Shown: positions 23,897 through 34,576, counted from the first letter of the stretch. The stretch is 36,857 nucleotides of DNA from Sedimentisphaerales bacterium (GCA_035529405.1 DATKWV010000053.1:1-36857), one strand, 5' to 3'. Notes: a model not told the origin generated them from the letters alone. A program made the numbers and translations.

Positions 23897-25279
23897 GTGA
23901 GATGCCTAAGGATTGTGCCGGTAGTGGTTATCATCTTTAGTATAAGCAGCCTGTGTATAGCCGAAAAAACCAACACCCAGCTGGAAAAGGGAAACCAGCA
24001 GCTGCGAGAAAGAGTTGAGCGACTGGAAAAACAGCTCGAAGACCTGGAAAAAATTGTTATGCAGCAGCCCCGGGCCGCGGAACAGCCGCAGCAGCCTCAG
24101 GCAGTCGAAAAACAAATCCAGCCGGCTGCGGCGGTCGAGCTGACCGACGCTGACTGGGAAAGAATCGCTGCCATGGTTGCCAAAGGCTCGGCGAAGAAAA
24201 AACCGGTCCTGTCGGACCTCGACATCGAGCTTTACGGCTACATCAAGGCAGACGCTTCTTACGATACCTCCAGGGTGTGGCCGGGCAATTTTGTTATTTA
24301 TGCCGACAGGGGCAAAACCGGCGACAGCGAATTCAACCTCACCGCAAAGCAGACACGATTAGGCCTGAGAATCGGCGGCCCCGAAGACATCGACACAAAA
24401 ACAAGCGGCTTAGTCGAAATAGATTTCTACGGCGGCAACGCCACCGAAAACCAGGCAAAAATACAGATGCGCCATGCATATTTGAAAATCGACTGGCCGG
24501 ACAAACGTTTCAGCCTCCTCGCGGGCCAGACCGCCGATGTCATATCCCCACTTTACCCCGATACCCTGAACTACACCGTTTTGTGGGATGCAGGTAATAT
24601 CGGCTACAGACGACCACAACTGCGCTTTACCAAAAACTACTGGCTCAATGCCGATACCGACCTGCAGCTTGATGCAGCGGTCGCTCGTACCATAGGCGAC
24701 GACGATTTGAACACAAGCGCAGGCGAAGATGCCGGTTTCCCGACCTTTCAAAGCCGCGCAGGTGTAACCTTCCCGTGGTTCGGGTATAAACCTACCGTCG
24801 TCGGTATTTCCGGGCACTGGGGCGAGGAAGAATACGATTCACAGGATGTCGAAAGCTGGTCTGTCAACCTCGACGTGACCCAGCCGATTAACGAATGGCT
24901 TACAATCAAAGCCGAACTGTTTGACGGTGAGAACCTGGACACCTATTTTGGCGGCATTGGCCAGGGCGTCAACAATAACAGAAACAACCGGCGAATCGGC
25001 AGCAGGGGCGGCTGGATAGCCGCCAATCTCGGGCCGTGGGGCAAGTGGTCGTTCAATCTGGGTGTCGGTATGGACGATGTTGACGCCTCGGATACCGACG
25101 GCCTTCCAGAAGACGAGACCGGGAGAATATTTAATCGTTCGGTATTTGGTAACATGATTTACTCGGTCAACAAGAATACTCAAATCGGCCTGGAGGTTTC
25201 GCACTGGCGGACCGAATACAACGGTTCGGGCGACGCTGATGACCTGAGGGCACAAACGTCCTTTATTTATAAATTTTAG
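23897..25279 (+). CDS. Outer-membrane porin with an N-terminal coiled coil (DcaP-like architecture)
   Basis: It has a signal peptide (VVVIIFSISSLCIAEK), a coiled coil (QLRERVERLEKQLEDLEKIV), then alternating beta-strand sequence ending in a C-terminal aromatic (SFIYKF). Confidence 0.6.
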   Translation: MRCLRIVPVVVIIFSISSLCIAEKTNTQLEKGNQQLRERVERLEKQLEDLEKIVMQQPRAAEQPQQPQAVEKQIQPAAAVELTDADWERIAAMVAKGSAKKKPVLSDLDIELYGYIKADASYDTSRVWPGNFVIYADRGKTGDSEFNLTAKQTRLGLRIGGPEDIDTKTSGLVEIDFYGGNATENQAKIQMRHAYLKIDWPDKRFSLLAGQTADVISPLYPDTLNYTVLWDAGNIGYRRPQLRFTKNYWLNADTDLQLDAAVARTIGDDDLNTSAGEDAGFPTFQSRAGVTFPWFGYKPTVVGISGHWGEEEYDSQDVESWSVNLDVTQPINEWLTIKAELFDGENLDTYFGGIGQGVNNNRNNRRIGSRGGWIAANLGPWGKWSFNLGVGMDDVDASDTDGLPEDETGRIFNRSVFGNMIYSVNKNTQIGLEVSHWRTEYNGSGDADDLRAQTSFIYKF

Positions 25280-25402
25280 GCCGATGCTGTTTCGGTTCGG
25301 GTTTTTGCTAACCAATAAGGGTATTTTGCTTTATTTTTAAGCCAAAGCGGTTAAGATACCGGGATATAACAGTTTTGTTACACGCAAGATAAGGAGATTA
25401 TT

Positions 25403-27391
25403 ATGGCACAGGAATCCAAAGGCAAAACTATTGCCTCTCTTATGACCGAGGAACGCAGGTTCCCGCCCCCGGCGTCAATCAGGGCAAATGCTTACATCAA
25501 CGACCCGAAGAAATACGAGAAGATGTGGCGGCAGTCCATTAACCACCCGGACGGCTTCTGGCTGGAACAGGCAAAGACACTTACCTGGTTCAAGGCACCC
25601 GCCAAAAGTCTCGAATACACCTGGGACACAAAGGCCCGGACAATCGAACATACATGGTTTGCCGACGGCGAACTTAATGTTACATATAACTGCCTCGACA
25701 GACATCTGGACACCCCTGTTGCAAAAAAGACCGCATTGATTTGGCAGGGTGAAGAGGAAGATAAGGTTAGAAAATATACATACGAACAGCTCCACAAAGA
25801 GGTCTGCAAATTCGCAAACGTCCTGAAATCCAAGGGCATCAAAAAAGGCGACCGCGTTGCCGTTTACATGCCGATGGTACCCGAACTTGCAATAGCCATG
25901 CTGGCCTGTGCGCGTATAGGGGCTATCCACTCGGTTGTCTTCGGCGGTTTCAGTGCCGAGGCCCTGGTGGACAGGATTAACGATTCCGACTGCAAAATGC
26001 TTATAACCGCGAATGTGTCGCTTCGCGGCGGAAAACACATTCCGCTCAAGGGCATAGCCGACGACGCACTGAAAAACACGCCTTCAATCGAATGCGTTAT
26101 AGTAGCCAAGGTCAACAACGAACCCTGCAATATGCAGCAGGACAGGGACAGCTGGTATCATGATGAAATGGCCAATGCCGAAGAACAGTGCCAGTGCGAG
26201 CGAATGAACGCAGATGACCCGCTGTTTATTCTCTATACGTCCGGTTCGACAGGAAAACCCAAAGGCGTTGTTCATATCACCGGCGGGTATCTTCTGCACA
26301 CGGCGATTACGCACAAACTGATATTCAACATTCATGACGATGATATTTACTGGTGCACAGCCGACATAGGCTGGGTAACGGGCCACAGCTATATAGTTTA
26401 TGGGCCGCTTGCCAACGGCTCAACTTCGCTGATGTTCGAGGGTATTCCGACATACCCTGACGCGGGACGTTTCTGGCAGATTTGTGACAAGTTCGGGGTA
26501 ACCGTATTTTACACGGCGCCTACTGCCATACGTGCGCTGATGCGCCAGGGCGACGAATGGCCCGCCAAATACAAGCTCGATACCATGAGAGTCCTGGGCA
26601 CGGTCGGTGAGCCGATAAATCCGGAGGCCTGGATATGGTATTATGAAAAGATTGGGCGCGGCAGATGTCCTATAGTGGACACGTGGTGGCAGACCGAAAC
26701 CGGCGGCTTTATGATATCGCCGCTGCCGGGCGCCCATACCTTAAAACCGGGCAGTGCCTGCAGGGCCGTTTTCGGTGTGGACCCGGTGGTTTTAAAAGAC
26801 GACGGAACCCAGTGCGCCGCCAACGAAGGCGGAAAGCTGTGTATTCGCAAGCCCTGGCCGGGCATGATGAGAACCATGTGGGGCGACCACGACCGCTTCA
26901 TCGATACCTATTTTACGATGTACGATAACATTTACTTTGCCGGCGACGGCTGCCGTGTGGACCCGGACGGCGATTACTGGCTGATGGGCAGAATCGACGA
27001 TGTCGTCAATGTCTCCGGGCATCGTATCGGCACAGCCGAGGTGGAAAGCGCACTTGTAAGCCACGCAAAGGTCGCCGAGGCTGCTGTTACGCCGATACCG
27101 CACGAGATTAAAGGCCAGGCCCTTTATGCCTTCGTTACCCTAAAGAACGGTGTGAAAGAAAGCGACGAACTGAAAAAAGAGCTTGTAATGCATGTAAGAA
27201 AGGAAATAGGCGCCATCGCCGCCCCTGAGGCTATTCAGTTCGCCCCGGCCCTGCCCAAGACACGCTCCGGCAAGATTATGCGCAGAATCCTTCGAAAAAT
27301 CGCAGAAAAAGACACCAGCAACCTCGGTGATATCAGCACTCTTGCAGACCCGAGTGTCGTGGAAAATCTAATCAGTAACCGAGGCCAGTAA
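25403..27391 (+). CDS. acs: Acetyl-CoA synthetase (AMP-forming)
   Basis: The 662-aa product has [20 protein letters not shown], and a C-terminal [11 protein letters not shown] containing the conserved acetylatable Lys. AAGGAG lies upstream of the ATG. Confidence 0.95.
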   Translation: MAQESKGKTIASLMTEERRFPPPASIRANAYINDPKKYEKMWRQSINHPDGFWLEQAKTLTWFKAPAKSLEYTWDTKARTIEHTWFADGELNVTYNCLDRHLDTPVAKKTALIWQGEEEDKVRKYTYEQLHKEVCKFANVLKSKGIKKGDRVAVYMPMVPELAIAMLACARIGAIHSVVFGGFSAEALVDRINDSDCKMLITANVSLRGGKHIPLKGIADDALKNTPSIECVIVAKVNNEPCNMQQDRDSWYHDEMANAEEQCQCERMNADDPLFILYTSGSTGKPKGVVHITGGYLLHTAITHKLIFNIHDDDIYWCTADIGWVTGHSYIVYGPLANGSTSLMFEGIPTYPDAGRFWQICDKFGVTVFYTAPTAIRALMRQGDEWPAKYKLDTMRVLGTVGEPINPEAWIWYYEKIGRGRCPIVDTWWQTETGGFMISPLPGAHTLKPGSACRAVFGVDPVVLKDDGTQCAANEGGKLCIRKPWPGMMRTMWGDHDRFIDTYFTMYDNIYFAGDGCRVDPDGDYWLMGRIDDVVNVSGHRIGTAEVESALVSHAKVAEAAVTPIPHEIKGQALYAFVTLKNGVKESDELKKELVMHVRKEIGAIAAPEAIQFAPALPKTRSGKIMRRILRKIAEKDTSNLGDISTLADPSVVENLISNRGQ

Positions 27392-27447
27392 AGCCGTCTG
27401 CGGCACATAAGTTTGTGCTGCGACATTATCGAATGAAAGGAGTGATT

Positions 27448-28026
27448 ATGGAAGAAATGAAGGTAACGGACACTACCGCCAATCCTGCACCGCTGGGTTT
27501 GATGGGTTTCGGCATGACAACGGTCCTGCTGAACCTGCACAACGCCGGTTATTTCGGCCTGGGGACGATGATTCTGGCAATGGGCGTATTTTACGGGGGC
27601 ATAGCGCAGGTTATCGCCGGCATAATGGAATGGAAGAAAAATAACACATTCGGCACCACCGCGTTTACCTCATACGGCCTTTTCTGGCTGTCGCTTGTGG
27701 GTTTGATAGTGGCAAAGAAGCTCGGCCTGGCCGAGGGGCCGTCAAGCAGCGCAATGGCGGCTTATCTTTTTATGTGGGGCCTGTTTACCGCCGTAATGTT
27801 CATCGGCACACTGAGGTTCAACCGTGCGCTGCAGTTCGTATTTGCGTCGTTGGCGCTATTGTTTTTCCTTCTGGCGCTGGGAGATATTACAGGCAGTTCA
27901 GCCATAAAGGTCATAGCCGGTTATGAGGGAATCATCTGCGGCTTTTCAGCTATTTACACGGCCCTGGCCCAGGTATTAAACGAAGTTTACGGCAGAACGG
28001 TATTGCCGTTGGGCCCCGTAAAATAA
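27448..28026 (+). CDS. GPR1/FUN34/YaaH-family acetate/succinate channel (SatP-like)
   Basis: [14 protein letters not shown] motif and six TMs. The start was moved to the ATG at 27448 (AAAGGAG 5 nt upstream). Confidence 0.85.
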   Translation: MEEMKVTDTTANPAPLGLMGFGMTTVLLNLHNAGYFGLGTMILAMGVFYGGIAQVIAGIMEWKKNNTFGTTAFTSYGLFWLSLVGLIVAKKLGLAEGPSSSAMAAYLFMWGLFTAVMFIGTLRFNRALQFVFASLALLFFLLALGDITGSSAIKVIAGYEGIICGFSAIYTALAQVLNEVYGRTVLPLGPVK

Positions 28027-28077
28027 GCCCGGATATTTTAGGCGGCCTGTGTTTACGCAGGCGCGCAGTAACACAAT

Positions 28078-28114
28078 AAAAACGGCCTGAATACAGTTCA
28101 GGCCGTTTTAATTT
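28078..28114 (+). terminator. Intrinsic terminator after the acetate operon
   Basis: AACGGCCTGAA-tacag-TTCAGGCCGTT is an 11-bp perfect stem, followed by TTTTAATTT and preceded by an A run. Confidence 0.8.
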
Positions 28115-28627
28115 GTGTACAGCGGTAAGAACAAATCCGATTCAAAGCAATAAGCTTTCCGGCGGACAAGGGTAAAATTTAGGGTGCAAAAAATATCAAT
28201 CAATCAAAATTCGGGCCTTTTTGAGGCGTCAAACCTGATTTTTGGCCTGAAAACGGCGATTTGGCATCAATCAAAACCGTCCACCCCCAAAAAACGGGCA
28301 AAAAAGCAGCGAAAAATGATGACAAAATGACAAAAAAGCGCGATTTTTGTACCAAAACGACAAAAAAATGCGCGATTTTGTACGATTTTTTTCGCGCTAT
28401 TTCCGGAAATGATTGACCAAAACCGTGACTCGGGGCCCGCCGGTGGCAGGGGGAAAATGGTTAATTGGTAAATGGTGATTTACGGACAGGGCAAAGCAGA
28501 TGGAATATCGTGTCCCGGGGCACGGCGCTGGCTGGTGAATCGTATCTGGTTAGCTGAAGCCGACATTGCCCAGCCGGTCAATGATTTTACCTGTGCTTGC
28601 CGGGTTCGGAATCAAAACTTGGGAGTT

Positions 28628-29755
28628 TTACAGGCCGTGAATCGCAAACACGTTTGCCTTGACCTTTTCGATTGTGGCGTCGATGTGAGGCATTACCGCA
28701 TTATGCTGTTGTTCAGTGACGGCAAGTCTTCTGTCTCTAAGCCCTCCCTGCCAATCGGTGGTCCCCAGCATTACCCCGCCAAGACCAAGTTTGCTGCTGT
28801 CGGTCTCGGCGCCGGCCAAAAGACTCCACACCAAAGCCCAGGCCCTTACCGTGTTGTCTATATTATATCCGCCGCCGCCGGTTGCCAGAATGGGTTTGTT
28901 AAAGCTCAAAAGCTGCTCGATAATTTCCGCATAGGTATTATTTGTAAGGCACAGGTTGGCCAGCGGGTCGCCCGCCAGCGCATCTGCTCCCATCTGCAGA
29001 ACTATAACGTCCGGATTGTAGGCGTTCAGCAACGGCAAGGCTATGGCGTTGAACGTCTTCATATAGGCCTGGTCGTAAGTGCCGATGACAAGAGGCACGT
29101 TCACACAATACCCCAAGCCCTGGCCGGTGCCGATTTCATCTTCGAACCCGGTTCCGGGAAAAAGTGTCCTGCCGCTCTGATGAAATGATATTGTCATCAC
29201 ATCATTGCGGCTGTAAAAAGCATTCTGCACGCCGTCACAGTGATGGACGTCCACATCGAGGTATAAGACGCGTTTGCCGGCTTCGGCAAGTACAATACAC
29301 CCGATAGCCACATCGTTCATAAAGCAAAATCCCGACGCTTGTTCGGGGCCGGCGTGGTGAAGCCCGCCGGAGGGGTTGAACGCAACATCAGCCTGGCCTG
29401 AAAGAATGAGGCCGGCGGCGGTAATGGTGGCCCCGCAGGCCATTGCCGAATAGTCATACATATCGGCGAAGACGGGACAATCCGGTGTACCAATACCCAT
29501 ATAAAGTGCTTCTCTGTCGAACCTGCCGGCAGCGGCGTTTTTCAGCACGTGCAGATAACGTGCCGAATGGAACTTTTTAAGCTGTATTCTTTCTGCCGGT
29601 TCCGGTGCTGCAACAGCGCAGTTGTCCGCCGACAGAAGCCCCAGCGAATCAAGCACCTTGCGGGTCTTTCCGGCCCTGCTGACATCAAACGGACAGTGGG
29701 CCGGATACGCAAAATGCTCCATTTGTTCCGAATGAATAAATACCGCTTTTCTCAT
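28628..29755 (-). CDS. Histone deacetylase-family (AcuC-like) Zn-dependent deacetylase
   Basis: Contains GGLHHAGPEQASGFCFMNDVAI and DVDVHHCDGVQNAF. The start was trimmed to the ATG at 29755 (MRKAVFIHSE); the upstream 64 codons look non-coding. Confidence 0.85.
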   Translation of the reverse strand: MRKAVFIHSEQMEHFAYPAHCPFDVSRAGKTRKVLDSLGLLSADNCAVAAPEPAERIQLKKFHSARYLHVLKNAAAGRFDREALYMGIGTPDCPVFADMYDYSAMACGATITAAGLILSGQADVAFNPSGGLHHAGPEQASGFCFMNDVAIGCIVLAEAGKRVLYLDVDVHHCDGVQNAFYSRNDVMTISFHQSGRTLFPGTGFEDEIGTGQGLGYCVNVPLVIGTYDQAYMKTFNAIALPLLNAYNPDVIVLQMGADALAGDPLANLCLTNNTYAEIIEQLLSFNKPILATGGGGYNIDNTVRAWALVWSLLAGAETDSSKLGLGGVMLGTTDWQGGLRDRRLAVTEQQHNAVMPHIDATIEKVKANVFAIHGL

Positions 29756-29952
29756 GTTTAGTGACTTTTTTAGTGACCTCGTACAATTACCAAGCTGCCC
29801 GGGATTCGGAATGGGTATGATTATAGCTGTTGTGCTTTTCTGATGCAATCGTTTAGCGTGTAAATAGCTACCTTGAACGGCCGGCTCACCCGCCATCAGA
29901 AGACAACTTCTGCCTGGAAACCCACAGCTTGCCCCGCCTGCGGTCAAATCGC

Positions 29953-30183
29953 TTACCGGTCTTTGTCGCCGGCGTATTCGGACAGCAGGGAGTCGTTGAT
30001 TGGAATACTGTTTGCTTTCATAAACGAGACAAGTTCGTTTACGGGAATTCTGCGGTCGCCGCTGCCCGGCAGCCGGTAGCCGTTAAGTATACCCCTGTCG
30101 AACCATTTCTGCACGGTCCTGTGAGCAACGTTACAGATTTTGGCAACTTCACCTGAGGTCAGAATTTTTTTGCCTTTAGCCAT
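29953..30183 (-). CDS. Small helix-turn-helix DNA-binding protein (excisionase/MerR-superfamily HTH)
   Basis: LTSGEVAKICNVAHRTVQKWFDRGILNGYRLPGSGDRRIP. The start was trimmed to the ATG at 30183 (MAKGKKIL). Confidence 0.7.
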   Translation of the reverse strand: MAKGKKILTSGEVAKICNVAHRTVQKWFDRGILNGYRLPGSGDRRIPVNELVSFMKANSIPINDSLLSEYAGDKDR

Positions 30184-30405
30184 AGCGTTAGTGTCCCAGA
30201 AAAGAAAAAGGGCTTTGTCCGGCATACCCCCAGAACTGACCCCGGCTGCAGCGGACAAACCTCAAAAAACAGTCCGTCCCTGCTGCTGAATAGTATTATC
30301 GGCAAAAACTTACAAAAAGTTTGATGCTTTTTTGCAAATATTTGGCGTCACCATCGTCAAGAAACACCTTTCGTGACCGGCAAAAAGCGGTTTAGCTCTA
30401 TCCTT

Positions 30406-32265
30406 TCACACCAAATCGTAGGCTATATTGTAAACATGGCCGTCGAATTCGGTGTTTATCCGGCAGCCGCAGTTCAGAAAGATAGTCAGCATAGGCTTGT
30501 TTTCCGGCAGGACTTTGGCGTAGAATCTTTTCACACCCCTCTTCCTGGCAATCTGGGTAATGTAGTGCAATAAGAAAGTGCCCATCCCTTTTTTCTGCCA
30601 CTCGTCCTTGACCACAAAGGCAACCTCAGCAGCATAAGACTTCGGGTCCAGGAAATACTGACCCATGGCTACTATCTGCTCGCCGGAAACGTCCGGTACG
30701 GTACCGACTATGCAAAGGTTGCTGTGGTAATCTATATTTGCCAATTGCTGCACGTCTCTGTGCGGAAATGTCATTGTCCGTGTCATATAACGGGTTCGCA
30801 CGCTGGCTTCGCTGAGTGAATAGAGCATTTTTGAAATGGCAGGTTCGTCGGTAGGTTTTACGGGTCTAAAGAATATTTCCGTGCCGTCGCGTAAAACGTC
30901 CGAATGTTCTAATTCCTCGGGGTAGGCACTTTCCTCAGCGCCAAGCTCTATCTGGTCCTGATAAACATAATTATGTGTCTTGGCAGCCTGAATTAACTCC
31001 TTTCTGAATTTTGGGTGTGCTATATTTATGAGGTCTATGGCCCTTTCTCTTATACTTTTGGCGTGCAAATCTGCAACGCCGAACTCGGTGACCACGTAGT
31101 GTACGTCGCCGCGTGTTGTAACAACGCCTGCACCTTCGGTCAGATGCGGCACAATCCTGCTGACCTGTCCGTCTTTGGCCGTAGAGGGCATTGCTATTAT
31201 GGGTTTTCCCTGTCTGCTTCGGGCACAGCCCCGAATGAAATCCACCTGTCCGCCTATACCGCTATAGAACTTATATCCCAGGGAGTCGGCGCAGACCTGC
31301 CCGGTCAAATCAATCTCCAGACCCACGTTGATTCCGACCATTTTCTCGTGCTGACTTATTATGGAGGGGTCGTTTACATACTCGGTTGGATAAAATTCAA
31401 AGAACGGATTATTGTCAATGTAATCGTAAAGCCGGCGAGAGCCCATACAGAAACTTGCCACAACCTTGCCGCGGTTCAGGGTTTTTTTGGCGCAGGTTAT
31501 GGCACCGCATTCAATCAGGTCGATAATCCAGTCTCCGAACATTTCCGTATGAACACCGAGGTCTTTTTTGTCTTTAAGGAATTCTGCAAGTGCCTGTGGG
31601 ATACGTCCTATCCCGCACTCGATGGTACTGCCGTCCTCGACCAGGCGGGCGATGTTCTGGCCTATTTCACGAAGTGTCTCATCCGGCTGCCCATCGGGCG
31701 TTTCAATAATCTCCTGGTCATAATCGACCAGGACATCGATATTGTTAACGTGTATGAAACTGTCACCGAACGTGCGAGGCATACGGCTGTTGGCCTGTGC
31801 TATTACGTACCTTGCATTGGCTGCTGCCGATTTAACTATATCCACAGACACGCCGAGGCTGCACATGCCGCTGACATCCGGCGGCGATACACTAATCAGC
31901 GTCACATCAACAGGAATTCTTCCGGTGTTAAACTGACCAGGTATTTCAGACAGAAGTATAGGTGTATAGTCGCCTACTCCCCGACTAATCGCCCCGCGGA
32001 CGTTGTCTGCAACAAAAAAACTGTTCATCTTGAACCTGTCACGATACTTTTCACAGACGTAGGGTGCTTCGCCCATGGTCAGCAAATGAAGGATTCGAAC
32101 ATCATACAAACGGTCACAATCGGCTACGAGGCTCTCGACCAGGTACTGCGGCTGGCCGCATCCGGTGCCAATAAACACAGTGTTACCCGATTTAATCAGT
32201 TGCATCGCCGCCGGGGCGGTTTTTATTTTGCCCTTGTACTTTTGTCTCCAGTCAAATGCCTGCAT
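30406..32265 (-). CDS. Acetyl-CoA hydrolase/transferase-family domain fused to a C-terminal GNAT acetyltransferase
   Basis: The N-terminal ~430 aa is CoA-transferase-like (GTGCGQPQ, GIGGQVDF). The C-terminus is a GNAT with motif A WQKKGMGTFLL. Confidence 0.75.
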   Translation of the reverse strand: MQAFDWRQKYKGKIKTAPAAMQLIKSGNTVFIGTGCGQPQYLVESLVADCDRLYDVRILHLLTMGEAPYVCEKYRDRFKMNSFFVADNVRGAISRGVGDYTPILLSEIPGQFNTGRIPVDVTLISVSPPDVSGMCSLGVSVDIVKSAAANARYVIAQANSRMPRTFGDSFIHVNNIDVLVDYDQEIIETPDGQPDETLREIGQNIARLVEDGSTIECGIGRIPQALAEFLKDKKDLGVHTEMFGDWIIDLIECGAITCAKKTLNRGKVVASFCMGSRRLYDYIDNNPFFEFYPTEYVNDPSIISQHEKMVGINVGLEIDLTGQVCADSLGYKFYSGIGGQVDFIRGCARSRQGKPIIAMPSTAKDGQVSRIVPHLTEGAGVVTTRGDVHYVVTEFGVADLHAKSIRERAIDLINIAHPKFRKELIQAAKTHNYVYQDQIELGAEESAYPEELEHSDVLRDGTEIFFRPVKPTDEPAISKMLYSLSEASVRTRYMTRTMTFPHRDVQQLANIDYHSNLCIVGTVPDVSGEQIVAMGQYFLDPKSYAAEVAFVVKDEWQKKGMGTFLLHYITQIARKRGVKRFYAKVLPENKPMLTIFLNCGCRINTEFDGHVYNIAYDLV

Positions 32266-32279
32266 AAATAAATTCCTGT

Positions 32280-34388
32280 CTAAGCTTTTTCCACCCTCAT
32301 ACGTGCGTCAACGGCTATTGGTGTTGTGCCTGGGGGCCCGACCACATACGGATTAATATCAAGTTCCTGAATTTCCGGAAATTCTGTCACCAGCTGGCTA
32401 AGCCTCTGTAATGCCTCGGCGATACTATCCATATCTACCGCCTCCTGGCCCCGGAAACCGGTCAGTATGCGGTAAGTCTTTGTGCTCATAAGCATTTGCA
32501 TCGCCTCATCTGCTGTAAGTGGTGCAAGGTAAAAAGACACGTCCTTAAGTGCTTCGACCATCGTTCCGCCAAGACCGAACATCATCAGCGGCCCGAAATG
32601 TCTGTCCCGCTTCATACCCAGAATCACCTCTTTTCCTGTTTTACACATTTGCTGAACTAAAACACCGAGAATCTCAGCATCCGGCGCCTTTTGTGGTACC
32701 CTGTACATCATCAGGTCAAAGGCGTCCATCACCTCCTGGTCGCTGTTCAAATCCATTTTTACACCGCCGACGTCTGTTTTATGTACTATCTGCGGCGACC
32801 AAATCTTTAATACGACCGGGTAGCCCAGACGGTTGGCGACGGCAACCGCCTTTTCAGCACTGTCAGCTACAGCATCCTCGGGAGTAGCAAAGCCGTAGGC
32901 GGCAAGTATTTGCTTTGATTGCTCCTCGTTGATTTCCTTTATCCCCTGCCGCAAATGCTTTTCAATTATGTTTTCGACTTTTGCACGGTTGACTGCAAAC
33001 TGTTTAACCACGCGTTTGGGCCGGTTGCGCCATCTTATGTAATCGGTCATTGCCTTGATTGTGCATACGGCCTTTTCAGGAGAATCGTAATGAGGTATTT
33101 TAGCCTGCTGCAATATCTGTTTTGCTTTCTTGACCTTTTCGGCCCCCAGAAAGCACGTAAAAATCGGCTTTTGCCGGCTTGCTTTTGCCTGTGCCTGTCT
33201 GACGATTGCCTCAGCGGTGCTGTCAGCCTCAGTCATGGCCTGAGGGGTAAGAAGCACAAGAACAACATCGACATTTGGGTCTTCAAGCACTGCCTCAATC
33301 GCCAATTCGTATCTGTCAGCCAGTGCATCGCCTAAAACATCGATTGGGTTTGAGATGTTCGCTGCAGGCGGCAGCGCCTCAGCAAGTTTGTCGCCGGTTT
33401 CCCGGCTGAAAGTCGCGAATTCCAGGCCCTGACGCTCTATATCATCCGCAGCCATAATCCCGGGCCCGCCGGCGTTGGTAATAACTGCCACTGTCGAACC
33501 TGCTGAAAGCGGCTGATACGCAAAGGCCTGGGCGTAATCGAATTGCTGTTGTAACGAGTTACAGCGAATAATCCCCGCCCGCTCGAAGACACACTCGTAT
33601 GCGGTTTCTGCCCCTGCCAGACTGCCGGTATGAGAAGTGGCTGCTTTTGCACCTGCGGCGGTGCCCCCCGATTTTATCATAAGTATCGGCTTGTTACGAC
33701 TGATGCGTTCTGCCTGCGTAACGAAAGCATTACCGTCTGTTATATTTTCCAGATAGCCGGCAATGACTTTCGTGTTGGCATCCTGTCCAAGCACTTCCAG
33801 AACATCCAGTTCGTTGATATCAGCTTTATTGCCTATACTCACCAGCTTGCTGAACCCGATTCTGTTGGCCATGGCGTAATCCAGAATAGCCGTCATTATT
33901 GCTCCTGACTGAGATATGTAGCCGATGCCGCCGTCAATCGGCATCTGTCCGCCGAAACTGGCGTTGAGTTTATTGGCCGGCACTACCACACCGAGGCAAT
34001 TGGGCCCGATTACCTTTATTTTGGCCTGTCTTGCGATTTGAATGACCTGCTTTTCGAGTCTGCTTCCCTCCTGCCCAACCTCCTTGAATCCGGCGGTTAT
34101 AATAATTACCGACTGTACCCCTATACCGGCACATTGCTGCATTACCGACGGTACCGCTGCCGCCGGCACAGCTATAATCACAAGCTCCGGTACCTGACCT
34201 GTCGATGCAAGGTCAGGAAAGCATTTCAGGCCTTCGATTTCATCGGCCTTGTTATTGACCGGAAATACCTGCCCCTCGTATCCGGCACCAATGATACTTG
34301 CAAGTATCTCGTGGCCGACCTTGCCCTTCTCGCGCGAGGCGCCGACAACAGCGATGCTTTTGGGATTAAAGAATTTCTCAAAATTCAT
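32280..34388 (-). CDS. ADP-forming acetyl-CoA synthetase / acyl-CoA synthetase (NDP-forming), fused alpha-beta type
   Basis: It has a CoA-binding N-terminus (KSIAVVGASREKGKVGHE), a succinyl-CoA-ligase-like middle (SQSGAI, TSHTGSLAG) and an ATP-grasp C-terminus. The start was trimmed to the ATG at 34388 (MNFEKFF). Confidence 0.8.
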   Translation of the reverse strand: MNFEKFFNPKSIAVVGASREKGKVGHEILASIIGAGYEGQVFPVNNKADEIEGLKCFPDLASTGQVPELVIIAVPAAAVPSVMQQCAGIGVQSVIIITAGFKEVGQEGSRLEKQVIQIARQAKIKVIGPNCLGVVVPANKLNASFGGQMPIDGGIGYISQSGAIMTAILDYAMANRIGFSKLVSIGNKADINELDVLEVLGQDANTKVIAGYLENITDGNAFVTQAERISRNKPILMIKSGGTAAGAKAATSHTGSLAGAETAYECVFERAGIIRCNSLQQQFDYAQAFAYQPLSAGSTVAVITNAGGPGIMAADDIERQGLEFATFSRETGDKLAEALPPAANISNPIDVLGDALADRYELAIEAVLEDPNVDVVLVLLTPQAMTEADSTAEAIVRQAQAKASRQKPIFTCFLGAEKVKKAKQILQQAKIPHYDSPEKAVCTIKAMTDYIRWRNRPKRVVKQFAVNRAKVENIIEKHLRQGIKEINEEQSKQILAAYGFATPEDAVADSAEKAVAVANRLGYPVVLKIWSPQIVHKTDVGGVKMDLNSDQEVMDAFDLMMYRVPQKAPDAEILGVLVQQMCKTGKEVILGMKRDRHFGPLMMFGLGGTMVEALKDVSFYLAPLTADEAMQMLMSTKTYRILTGFRGQEAVDMDSIAEALQRLSQLVTEFPEIQELDINPYVVGPPGTTPIAVDARMRVEKA

Positions 34389-34546
34389 AATCAGGTTGCC
34401 GTTTCTGCAAAACGGCCCAAAAAACAATCCATTTTCCTGCCGAACACCTTTATTATAAGCGTCTTCAAAGCCTGTTTCAACCAATTTACGAAATGAATAT
34501 AACCGCTATCACCGAAAAGTCTGGCGCTGTTGTCGTCTGAAATAGT

Positions 34547-34576
34547 TTGAAACATGTCACCTAAGCTCTTTATAAT
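34547..34576 (+). promoter_or_regulatory. Candidate sigma70 promoter for comEC, giving a very short leader
   Basis: TTGAAA (34547-34552), an 18-nt spacer, then TATAAT (34571-34576). The ATG is at 34592. Confidence 0.4.

Noticed and set aside
28190-28410. Possible CRISPR-like or tandem repeat array in the A-rich spacer.
   Set aside because: The repeats are only 11-15 nt, present in two copies each, irregularly spaced and embedded in low-complexity A runs. There is no repeat-spacer periodicity.
28595-28620. A tRNA T-loop-like GGTTCGGAATC string.
   Set aside because: There is no complementary T-stem, no acceptor stem and no anticodon arm around it. It is not a tRNA.
29756-29947. N-terminal extensions of track ORFs: 28628..29947, 29953..30258, 32280..34484, 27415..28026, 1602..2366 and 11270..11545.
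   Set aside because: In each case an internal ATG with a better RBS coincides with the point where family-conserved sequence begins. The extensions have non-protein-like composition or overlap neighbouring genes.
29953-30183. The excisionase-type HTH gene as a marker of a mobile element or island border.
   Set aside because: The window contains no integrase, recombinase, att-like direct repeats, tRNA or IS. A lone HTH of this type is not evidence of mobility.
31015-32271. A 418-aa + strand ORF. Similar long ORFs occur at 15487..16212 (+), 19233..19922 (-), 4184..4963 (+), 28472..29188 (+), 8721..9233 (+) and 9523..10050 (+).
   Set aside because: All lie antisense to, or out of frame within, genes that have strong family signatures. 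Their compositions are Arg/Ser/Cys/Pro-skewed and non-protein-like, and none has an RBS. They are shadow ORFs.
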